Position numbers and translations under genes: made by a program. DNA of 33,378 nucleotides from a virus (taxonomy: Duplodnaviria; Caudoviricetes): the IMG/VR virus record IMGVR_UViG_3300006738_000035, positions 1-33,378 of that record; one strand, 5' to 3'. Below are positions 1-8,097 of the stretch, piece by piece. Position 1 is the first letter of the stretch. Each line of letters begins with the position of its first letter. The notes beneath the pieces are model-generated. The model ran no database searches. It saw only the letters and a program-made list of their open reading frames with translations, and was not told the DNA's origin.

Positions 1-2160
1 ACTGGTGGTGCATTGGGTGGAACTTTAACAACAGATGCCAATGGTGCAGTAGGTGGAGTATTTGCTATTCCAAGTCCAACTGTATCTGGTAATCCTACAT
101 GGCAAACTGGTACTATTAATTTTAGATTAACATCAAGTTCCACAAATGAGATATCATCTGATATAGAAACTTTTGCACAAGTAAATTATGTTGCAACTGG
201 AATATTAGAAACAAGAGAAAGAGATGTTATCGGAACTAGAAATGGTCGAATTATTACCAATGATGTTTCGGAAAGTGTTACTAGTAGAAGGGAATATTAT
301 ACTCCATTTGGTATGGGTGCAGATGGTACAGGTGCGATAATCACTGGTTATCAAGACCCATTAGCACAATCATTTATATCTGAAAGCACTACTGGAGAAT
401 TTATAACAAAAATAGATGTATATTTTTCTGCAAAAGATTCTACAATTCCAGTAACATTACAAATAAGAGAGATGGATAATGGATTTCCAACAAGAAATGT
501 TTTACCACTTGGTAGTGTAACATTAAATCCATCTTCAGTAAATATTGATGCAAGTACAGCTGCTACTGCAACAACATTTACTTTTGATTCACCAATTTAT
601 ATTGCACCTAATGTAGAATATGCTATGGTATTAATGTCAGATTCACAGGATTATAATGTTTGGATTTCTCGAATGGGAGAAACAGATGTAACTGCTGGAA
701 GATTTATAAACGACCAACCACATCTTGGTGTATTATTTAAATCACAAAACAATTCTACTTGGAGTGCCTTTGATTTTGAAGATTTAAAATTTACTTTATA
801 TAGAGCATCATTCACAACTGGAACAAATGGTACTTTAACATTAAATAATGATGCATTATCAACACAAACTTTAAATGCGAATCCTATTGAAAGTTTTGCT
901 TCAACTGCTCTTGTTAAAGTTAGACAAACAGACCATCAAATGTATTCAACATCAAACAATGTAACTATCGCTGGTGTATCGAGTGGATTATCAACAACAT
1001 TAAATGGTGCGATTAATGATAGTACCACAAGTCCTGTTATGGATGCTGTAACAAACTTTACAGATTCAAGTGGAGTTTATAATGCGATTTCATCAAATTA
1101 TTATATTAAGATTGATGATGAAATTATTTTATATACAGGTGTTTCTACCAAGACACTTACTGGTGTAGTAAGGGGTTCAAGAAGTACAACTGCAGCTGCT
1201 CATGATGATGGCGCAACGGTTGAGTTCTATCAATTCAATGGATTAATATTAGATGAAATTAATAAAACACATACTGCAGTTGCGAATGTGGGGATTGATT
1301 CTTATACAGTTTCAACCACACTTTCAGCTGAAACTGCTGGAACATTTGGTGGTAGTTCTGTAACTACAACACAAAATGCATTGTTTGATACTTTTAAAGT
1401 ATTAATACCAACATTAGGATTTCCAGAAACAACATTAGCTCCAACTATTAAATCTACATCTGGAACAAGTTCAGACGGAACGCAAACTTCATTTAGTAAA
1501 GCAAGTACAGGTGTAGCGTTTGATTTAAATGAAAATTATGATTTTGATGTTCCAAAAATTATTGCATCTGGTATCAATGAAACAAATGAATTGTCTGGTG
1601 TTAAATCATTATCGTTAGATTTTGTATTAAATAGTACAAGTGAGTATGTTTCTCCATATGTTGATTTAGACCAAAAGACAATTGTTTGTGTTGCGAATAG
1701 AATGACAAATGTAGATAGTTCATCTGATGTTTATCCAACAGGCGATTATGTTGATGCAGTCGAACCAGAAGGCGATAGTGGCGAAACAGTTTATGTGACT
1801 AGAAAGGTTGGATTAGATACTCCTGCTACTGCGTTGAGAGTTATCCTTGATGCACATAAACCTTCTACTGCTGATATTAAAGTTATGTATAAAATTCTAA
1901 GGTCAGATGACGCATCTAACTTTGATGACTTGGGTTGGGTATATTTCAATAGTACAGGAACTACTGATAGCACTGTAACTGCAAATACTACGAAAGATAA
2001 CTTTACTGAATATCAATATACTGCAGGTAAAAAAGATGATGGTACGGGAAGTGCGTTAGATGAATTTATTTCATTTGCGATTAAGATTAAAATGCAAGGA
2101 ACAAATTGTGCTGAAGCACCAAGAATAAAAGATTTAAGGGCAATGGCACTAGCAACATAA
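1..2160 (+). CDS. Large virion structural protein (DUF4815/VrlC-like), C-terminal part; 5' end lies outside the window
   Basis: Frame is open from base 1. The motif DPLAQSF...FITKIDVYF..KD..IPVTLQIR...NGFP and the C-terminus 'FAIKIKM..TN.AEAPRIKDLRAMALAT' are typical of the large structural gene just before g13 in marine T4-like phages. Rich in S/T/G. Confidence 0.75.
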   Translation, partial: TGGALGGTLTTDANGAVGGVFAIPSPTVSGNPTWQTGTINFRLTSSSTNEISSDIETFAQVNYVATGILETRERDVIGTRNGRIITNDVSESVTSRREYYTPFGMGADGTGAIITGYQDPLAQSFISESTTGEFITKIDVYFSAKDSTIPVTLQIREMDNGFPTRNVLPLGSVTLNPSSVNIDASTAATATTFTFDSPIYIAPNVEYAMVLMSDSQDYNVWISRMGETDVTAGRFINDQPHLGVLFKSQNNSTWSAFDFEDLKFTLYRASFTTGTNGTLTLNNDALSTQTLNANPIESFASTALVKVRQTDHQMYSTSNNVTIAGVSSGLSTTLNGAINDSTTSPVMDAVTNFTDSSGVYNAISSNYYIKIDDEIILYTGVSTKTLTGVVRGSRSTTAAAHDDGATVEFYQFNGLILDEINKTHTAVANVGIDSYTVSTTLSAETAGTFGGSSVTTTQNALFDTFKVLIPTLGFPETTLAPTIKSTSGTSSDGTQTSFSKASTGVAFDLNENYDFDVPKIIASGINETNELSGVKSLSLDFVLNSTSEYVSPYVDLDQKTIVCVANRMTNVDSSSDVYPTGDYVDAVEPEGDSGETVYVTRKVGLDTPATALRVILDAHKPSTADIKVMYKILRSDDASNFDDLGWVYFNSTGTTDSTVTANTTKDNFTEYQYTAGKKDDGTGSALDEFISFAIKIKMQGTNCAEAPRIKDLRAMALAT

Positions 2161-2164
2161 AATT

Positions 2165-2392
2165 ATGAGTGGAAGAATACCAGTAAAAGATAAATCAGAT
2201 TTAGCAAGAGATGTTCATTCTAGTGGAATCGTAAATACAAATAGAAGTGCATACGAAACTGCAATTAAACGAGCAAGAGATGCACAAAGACAAAGAGATG
2301 AAATCAGGGAAGCTACACGAGAAATAAACGAATTAAAGAATGAAATGGGTGAAATTAAATCTCTTTTGATGAAGTTAGCGAACACTTCTTAG
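2165..2392 (+). CDS. Small conserved hypothetical protein with C-terminal coiled coil
   Basis: 75-aa ORF with an LARD..S.GIVN motif and a heptad-like C-terminus, in the usual position upstream of g13. Confidence 0.7.
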   Translation: MSGRIPVKDKSDLARDVHSSGIVNTNRSAYETAIKRARDAQRQRDEIREATREINELKNEMGEIKSLLMKLANTS

Positions 2393-2414
2393 TCGTTTAC
2401 TAACCCATCTTCTT

Positions 2415-2422
2415 TATAAATA
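2415..2422 (+). promoter_or_regulatory. T4-type late promoter TATAAATA (g13)
   Basis: Exact gp55 consensus, 19 nt before the g13 ATG. Confidence 0.8.
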
Positions 2423-2441
2423 TAAACAAAGGAAGAAGTAA

Positions 2442-3260
2442 ATGGCAACACCAACAACAAAAGCAACATTCAAAAATTATTGTTTAAGGTCATTAGGTCA
2501 ACCTGTTATCGAAATTAATGTTGATGATGACCAATTAGACGATAGAGTTGAAGAAGCGCTTCAATATTTTCAAGAAATGCACTATAATGGTGTAGAAAGA
2601 GTTTTTCTTAAACACGTAATAACAGCCGCAGATTTAACAAGGGGACAAGCAAACGATACTGCTGCAACTGCAACAGATGATAAAGATGGTTCAACAACTG
2701 CCGATTGGGTAGAACAAAAAGGTTGGATACCTGTTCCAGATACAGTTTTATCAGTCGTTAGAGTTTTTCCTTTTGATGACAGTTCAACAAATAATTTATT
2801 TGATGTGAGATATCAATTGAGATTAAATGATTTATATGATTTTTCTTCTACATCTGTTATGCATTATAAAATGACAATGCAACATTTATCTTTTTTAAAT
2901 CAAATGTTAGTGGGAGAAATTCCCCTAAGACATAATCAACATCAAAACAGATTGTATATAGATATGGATTGGACAAATGATATTGCTGCTGGTGAATATT
3001 TAATTATAGAAGCATATAGACAACTTGACCCGACAACTTATACTTCAATATGGAATGATATGTATTTCAAAAGATATGCAATCGCCTTGGTAAAAAAACA
3101 ATGGGGGAATAATCTACTTAAATTTCGAGGTATGCAAATGTTAGGTGGTGTTGAAATTAATGGTGAGACTATTCTTACCGAAGCGAAAGAAGAACTAGAA
3201 AAACTTCAAGAAGAAATAAAATTAGCATATGATGTACCACCAATGGTTCAAATAGGATAG
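2442..3260 (+). CDS. g13: Neck protein gp13
   Basis: YCLRSLG.PVIEINVDDDQLDDR..EALQYF and KKQWG.NL.KF.G.Q..GGV..NG motifs; synteny. Confidence 0.92.
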   Translation: MATPTTKATFKNYCLRSLGQPVIEINVDDDQLDDRVEEALQYFQEMHYNGVERVFLKHVITAADLTRGQANDTAATATDDKDGSTTADWVEQKGWIPVPDTVLSVVRVFPFDDSSTNNLFDVRYQLRLNDLYDFSSTSVMHYKMTMQHLSFLNQMLVGEIPLRHNQHQNRLYIDMDWTNDIAAGEYLIIEAYRQLDPTTYTSIWNDMYFKRYAIALVKKQWGNNLLKFRGMQMLGGVEINGETILTEAKEELEKLQEEIKLAYDVPPMVQIG

Positions 3261-3264
3261 ATAA

Positions 3265-4344
3265 ATGCCAACAAATGTATACTTTGATACTGGAACTCAA
3301 TCAGAACAAGACCTTTATGAAGCAATCGCTATTGAACAAATAAAGATTCAAGGTCAAGAAGTATATTATTTACCAAGAACACTTGTAAAAGAAGATAGTC
3401 TTTTTTATGAAGATAGTCTTTCTAAATTTGATGATGCTTATTTAATTGAAATGACATTTAATGAAGTTGAAGGTTTTGGTGGCGAAAAAGAATTAATGGG
3501 CAAATTCGGTTTGGAAATGAGAGAAGAATGTTCCTTTACCGTTGCAAGAAGAAGATTTGAAGAATTAGTTGGGATTGATTCCAACCTTATAGTTTCGTCA
3601 AGACCAAACGAAGGCGATTTAATTTACTTCCCTAAAGTAAATAAAATGTTTGAAATAACATTTGTTGACCATGACGACCCATTCTATCAAGTACAAAATA
3701 GACCTACATACAGATTAAGTTGTAGAACATTTGAATATTCAAGTGAAATTATTGATACTGATATAGCAGAAATAGATGCAGTAGAAACAACATTTACAAG
3801 AGATTCAATGCAGTATCAAGTTTCAATGGAACAATCTGGTTCATATACAGAAAGTTTCCAACTGGAAAGTTCTGCTGGTGGAGAGAATTTAATATTAGAC
3901 GGAACAGATGGTTCTAGTACAAATGCTGATAGTGATATCATTGGTGAAACTGAATACTTATCTGGTGCAATACTCGCAGAAGATACCGAACAATCAAGAA
4001 TTGATTTCTATAATAATTTTGGTTTATCATTCACAGTTGGTGAAAGAATTGTCGGTGCAAGTTCTGGTGCTATCGCATATGTGTTGGATACATTAGACCC
4101 AATGGCATATACTTTAATTACTGCAACAGAATTTACAGATGGTGAAACTTTTACTGGGCAAACAAGTCAAACCACAGCGAAAATAAAAGATTTGCTAGGA
4201 ACAAAACACTATATAGTTAAAGAGGATTATATAGTAGGAGACCAAAGTTCAGATTATAAAGCACAAAATGAATATCTTGATGTACTTGATGATACCATTT
4301 TTGATTTTTCTGAATCAAATCCATTCTCAGAAGGTGGATTATAG
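3265..4344 (+). CDS. g14: Neck protein gp14 with a long internal/C-terminal extension
   Basis: EQIKIQG.EVYYLPR, KFGLE, RPNEGDLIYFP, FEITFV...PFYQ and C-terminal DFSESNPF motifs. Confidence 0.9.
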   Translation: MPTNVYFDTGTQSEQDLYEAIAIEQIKIQGQEVYYLPRTLVKEDSLFYEDSLSKFDDAYLIEMTFNEVEGFGGEKELMGKFGLEMREECSFTVARRRFEELVGIDSNLIVSSRPNEGDLIYFPKVNKMFEITFVDHDDPFYQVQNRPTYRLSCRTFEYSSEIIDTDIAEIDAVETTFTRDSMQYQVSMEQSGSYTESFQLESSAGGENLILDGTDGSSTNADSDIIGETEYLSGAILAEDTEQSRIDFYNNFGLSFTVGERIVGASSGAIAYVLDTLDPMAYTLITATEFTDGETFTGQTSQTTAKIKDLLGTKHYIVKEDYIVGDQSSDYKAQNEYLDVLDDTIFDFSESNPFSEGGL

Positions 4345-4356
4345 GAGTTATAAATC

Positions 4357-5160
4357 ATGTTAGGACAATCACAATTCTATCACGAAACAATTAGAAAATT
4401 AGTAGTAGCTTTCGGAAGTATGTTTAATGACATTCACTTAGTTCGTAAGAACAATGCTGGTGTTATTACACAAACTATGAAAGTTCCACTCGCATATGGA
4501 CCGAAACAAAAATTTCTTGCGAGACTTAGACAGGACTCAACTTTAGATAATAAAGTCGCAATAACTTTGCCTCGTATCGGTTTTGAAATAACTGGATTAA
4601 CTTATGACCCTACACGAAAATTAAATCGTGTTCAAAAATTTAAAAAAGTTAAAAGTGGTAGTAATAAACAATTAGAAACTCAATATATGCCTGTTCCTTA
4701 TAATTTGGAATTTGCATTATCTATCATGTCAAAAAATAGTGATGATGGGTTACAAATATTAGAACAAATACTTCCATATTTTCAACCAGATTATACTGTA
4801 ACAATTAATGATAATGTTGCAATGGATTCTAAAAGAGATATTCCTATTATATTAAATAGTATTAGTTATGAAGATAGTTATGAAGGCGATTATGCTTCAA
4901 GACGTTCTATATTATATAATCTTGCTTTCACATTGAAATTTTATCTATACGGGCCAGTTACTTCAACAAGTATTATCAAAACTGTGCAAGTCGACCAATA
5001 CGCAGATATGCCTGATAAATCTCCTACAAGAGAACAGAGATATACAGTTACACCTGACCCAACATCTGCAGATGCAGATGATGATTTTGGATTTAATGAA
5101 ACATCATCTTTCTATCAAGATGCGAAAGATTATAATCCAACTACAGGTTCAGACGAATAA
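4357..5160 (+). CDS. g15: Tail sheath stabiliser/completion protein gp15
   Basis: FYHETIRK.VVAFGSMFNDI, KVPLAYGPKQKFLAR, LPRIGFE and QILEQILPYFQP motifs. Confidence 0.92.
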   Translation: MLGQSQFYHETIRKLVVAFGSMFNDIHLVRKNNAGVITQTMKVPLAYGPKQKFLARLRQDSTLDNKVAITLPRIGFEITGLTYDPTRKLNRVQKFKKVKSGSNKQLETQYMPVPYNLEFALSIMSKNSDDGLQILEQILPYFQPDYTVTINDNVAMDSKRDIPIILNSISYEDSYEGDYASRRSILYNLAFTLKFYLYGPVTSTSIIKTVQVDQYADMPDKSPTREQRYTVTPDPTSADADDDFGFNETSSFYQDAKDYNPTTGSDE

Positions 5161-5181
5161 ATACTTCTGTAGGATAGTATT

Positions 5182-5634
5182 ATGAGTATTGATGAAAAAA
5201 TAAATGAAGCATTGGATATCGTTGAGGATATAAAAAACGAAGAAAAGAAAATTATTCCCCGACCATCTGGTGATGATGAAAAAGAAATTGACTACAAGTA
5301 TAGTCGTGAAAATTTCTATAACCTAATTGAAAGAGGTCAAGATGCGATTGAAGGTATTCTTACTCTTGCAAAAGAATCAGAACATCCAAGAACATATGAA
5401 GTTGCTGGACAATTAATTAAAAATGTTGCTGAAGTAACAGAAAAATTAATGCAACTTCAAAATGATATGAAAAAATTAAAACAAGTTCCAAACAACGCAC
5501 CAAAAAGTGTAACCAATGCATTGTTCGTTGGTTCAACTGCTGAATTACAAAAAGCGTTAACTGGAAAAGGGAGAATTGAAAAAGATGTTTCCACCGATGC
5601 CGACATTAGAAGCACAGACAGCGGAACTGACTAG
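5182..5634 (+). CDS. g16: Terminase small subunit gp16
   Basis: DYKYSRENFYNLIERG, SEHPRTYEVAGQLIK and NALFVGSTAELQK motifs. Confidence 0.92.
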   Translation: MSIDEKINEALDIVEDIKNEEKKIIPRPSGDDEKEIDYKYSRENFYNLIERGQDAIEGILTLAKESEHPRTYEVAGQLIKNVAEVTEKLMQLQNDMKKLKQVPNNAPKSVTNALFVGSTAELQKALTGKGRIEKDVSTDADIRSTDSGTD

Positions 5635-6034
5635 GTTTTTGTTGCCATGGGTTGGCATTTTACTTAGTGCTATCATTGCGATTATGTTTAAAGATTGGGC
5701 GACATCTTTAGCAAAAGGATTGCAATTTAAATGGAATCCTGCTTTTAATGAAGGCGATGAAATTATTCTTGATGGCACACAGGGAATGATTGTAAAGATT
5801 GGTGCAAGAGAAACAGTATTCAGTGTATATTCTGATAGTGGTTTAATATGGAGATATGTTCCAAACGAAAGAATTGCATATTTAAAATTAGAAAAAGTGA
5901 TTAATCCCGATTTGCATTTAGATACCAAAGTAGAAAAAGCAAAAAAATTACAAGACATGATTGATATGTTGCAAAATGAAAAAATTACTGCGAATAAAAA
6001 AGATATAGAGCAACTGAAAAATGGCGACAAATAA
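5585..6034 (+). CDS. MscS-family-like small membrane protein (TM helix plus Sm-like beta domain)
   Basis: A hydrophobic segment (FLLPWVGILLSAIIAIMF) is followed by F.EGDEI.LDG..G.IVKIG.RET.F......VPN.RI, matching the MscS middle-domain signature. ATG 5585 is preferred over TTG 5576 because GGGAG lies at 5569-5573. Confidence 0.6.
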   Translation: MFPPMPTLEAQTAELTRFLLPWVGILLSAIIAIMFKDWATSLAKGLQFKWNPAFNEGDEIILDGTQGMIVKIGARETVFSVYSDSGLIWRYVPNERIAYLKLEKVINPDLHLDTKVEKAKKLQDMIDMLQNEKITANKKDIEQLKNGDK

Positions 6035-7667
6035 AACTTATCTTGGCAATCCCAACTTAAAAGCTGCCAATACAAAAATAAACTGGACACCAGAAACGGT
6101 TAAAGAATACACTAAGTGTATGAAAGACCCACTTTATTTTATTGAACAATATATTAGAATCATATCTCTTGATGAAGGTTTAATACCTTTCAAGATGTAT
6201 AAGTTTCAAAAGAAAATGATTAAAACTTTTCATAAGAATCGTTTTAGTATTTGTAAACTCCCAAGACAATCTGGAAAATCTACGACCATAATAGCTTATT
6301 TGTTATACTATGTTTTATTTAATTCAACTGTTAATGTTGCTATTCTCGCAAACAAAGCTGCAACTGCAAGAGATATCCTCGGGAGATTACAACTTGCATA
6401 TGAAAATTTACCTAAGTGGTTACAACAAGGTGTGTTACAATGGAATAAAGGTTCTCTTGAATTAGAAAATGGTTCGAAAATACTTGCCGCTTCTACAAGT
6501 GCTAGTGCAGTAAGGGGTGGTAGTTATAATATTATCTTCTTAGATGAGTTTGCATATGTTCCAAGTAATATCGCAGAACAATTTTTTAGTTCTGTTTATC
6601 CTACAATATCTGCTGGTAAAGATACAAAAGTGATTATCGTTTCAACCCCACGGGGTATGAATATGTTTTATAAATTGTGGATTGATTCGGAAAATAAAAG
6701 GAATTCTTATATACCAATAGAAGTTCATTGGAAAGAAATTCCTGGTAGAAATGAAAAATGGAAAAAAGAAACGATACGGAATACATCAGAAGCACAGTTC
6801 CAAACAGAATTTGAATGTGAATTTTTGGGTTCTGTAAATACTTTAATATCGCCGTCTAAATTAAGACGACTTGCATATAAAAATCCAATTAAAACAAGTG
6901 CTGGATTAGATGTTCATATAATGCCAGAAAAAGGGCATACTTATATGTTGGTTGCAGATGTATCAAGAGGACTTGCAAATGATTATTCTGCATTTTTAGT
7001 TATTGATATAACAGAACTGCCATATAAAGTTGTTGCGAAATATAGAGATAATGAAATTAAACCTTTATTGTTTCCAAATAAAATATATGATGTTGGAAAA
7101 GCGTATAACCAAGCATTCGTGCTTGTGGAAGTAAATGATATCGGAGAACAAGTCGCACATGCATTACAATTTGATTTAGAATATGATAATATGTTAATGG
7201 CGATGATGCGTGGTCGTGCTGGACAGGTACTTGGTTCTGGACTTGGTGGAGCTGGTAGGTCGCAACTTGGAGTAAGAACAACAAAATCTGTAAAGAAAAT
7301 TGGTTGTTCTAATTTTAAAACTCTGATAGAATCAGATAAACTTATTACACAAGATTATGATTTCATTAATGAAATGTCAACTTTTGTTATTCATGGAAGT
7401 TCATATACGGCAGATGATGGGTGTAATGATGATTTGGTAATGTGTGGTGTATTGTTTTCGTGGTGTACTACCCAACAATTTTATAAAGAATTAACTGATA
7501 TTGATTTAAGAAAAAAGATAAGTTTAGAATCAGCAGAACAACTTGAAAGTGATATGTTGCCATTTGGGTTTGTCGTAGATGGTTTAGAAGAAGAAAATGT
7601 CGGTGAAATGGTAGATGATTTTGGAACTCGGTGGTCACCTGTTATAAGAACAACTGACGATTTTTAA
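6021..7667 (+). CDS. g17: Terminase large subunit gp17
   Basis: Walker A PRQSGKS, Walker B IIFLDEFA, nuclease motifs ADVSRG and DDLVM. No intein is evident. Confidence 0.96.
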   Translation: MATNKTYLGNPNLKAANTKINWTPETVKEYTKCMKDPLYFIEQYIRIISLDEGLIPFKMYKFQKKMIKTFHKNRFSICKLPRQSGKSTTIIAYLLYYVLFNSTVNVAILANKAATARDILGRLQLAYENLPKWLQQGVLQWNKGSLELENGSKILAASTSASAVRGGSYNIIFLDEFAYVPSNIAEQFFSSVYPTISAGKDTKVIIVSTPRGMNMFYKLWIDSENKRNSYIPIEVHWKEIPGRNEKWKKETIRNTSEAQFQTEFECEFLGSVNTLISPSKLRRLAYKNPIKTSAGLDVHIMPEKGHTYMLVADVSRGLANDYSAFLVIDITELPYKVVAKYRDNEIKPLLFPNKIYDVGKAYNQAFVLVEVNDIGEQVAHALQFDLEYDNMLMAMMRGRAGQVLGSGLGGAGRSQLGVRTTKSVKKIGCSNFKTLIESDKLITQDYDFINEMSTFVIHGSSYTADDGCNDDLVMCGVLFSWCTTQQFYKELTDIDLRKKISLESAEQLESDMLPFGFVVDGLEEENVGEMVDDFGTRWSPVIRTTDDF

Positions 7668-7970
7668 TTATATAAATTCAAGTAAATCATTATCTATTTT
7701 TAACCAACAATTATAACAAACAATTTTACATTCGGATAATAATTGCTTGATTTCTTCTCTACTTGATTCATTTAACCCTTTTCTTTTAGAGAGTTTTCTA
7801 ATTTTCGCATCATGTGGGTGGAATTTAAGACATATTGTTTCACTTTCACTACAATATTTGCATGATTTACCAATCAGATACTCATTTAACCACTGAACAC
7901 GCTTATAATAGTTTCTTCTCGCAACTTTTTTAATGGTATCTTTATATTTGTCGTAATGATTATTACCCAT
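7668..7970 (-). CDS. Small Zn-binding, HNH-like protein (100 aa; MGNNHYDKYK...LEFI)
   Basis: The CxxC...LKFHPHD...C..VCYNC pattern resembles phage HNH proteins. ATG at 7970 is preceded by a minus-strand TATAAATA. The longer 213-aa ORF in the track overlaps g18 and is unlikely. Confidence 0.65.
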   Translation of the reverse strand: MGNNHYDKYKDTIKKVARRNYYKRVQWLNEYLIGKSCKYCSESETICLKFHPHDAKIRKLSKRKGLNESSREEIKQLLSECKIVCYNCWLKIDNDLLEFI

Positions 7971-7975
7971 AAAAC

Positions 7976-7983
7976 TATTTATA
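7976..7983 (-). promoter_or_regulatory. Late promoter TATAAATA on the minus strand, 5 nt before the HNH-like ATG
   Basis: Plus-strand TATTTATA at 7976-7983. Confidence 0.7.
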
Positions 7984-8026
7984 TGTCTTATCACATATAA
8001 AACATCTTTTTTAGAAACATCAATTT

Positions 8027-8034
8027 TATAAATA
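8027..8034 (+). promoter_or_regulatory. Late promoter TATAAATA (g18)
   Basis: Exact consensus upstream of the AAGGAG RBS and the g18 start. Confidence 0.8.
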
Positions 8035-8097
8035 TTATTAAAATCTAAAAAGATTTTTATGATAATATCATAAATTTTAATAAAAGGAGACACAAAC

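Noticed and set aside
5557-6090. 177-aa minus-strand ORF, and the other antisense ORFs in the track (e.g. 10658-11035, 13970-14437, 15251-15652, 26270-26599, 28835-29161, 32564-33031)
   Set aside because: These are shadows of well-conserved plus-strand genes. They are Ser/Phe/Ile-rich as expected from reverse-complemented codons, with no motifs or RBS.
8035-8083. Nested inverted repeats in the g18 leader
   Set aside because: Almost purely A/T and mutually competing; expected by chance at this composition.
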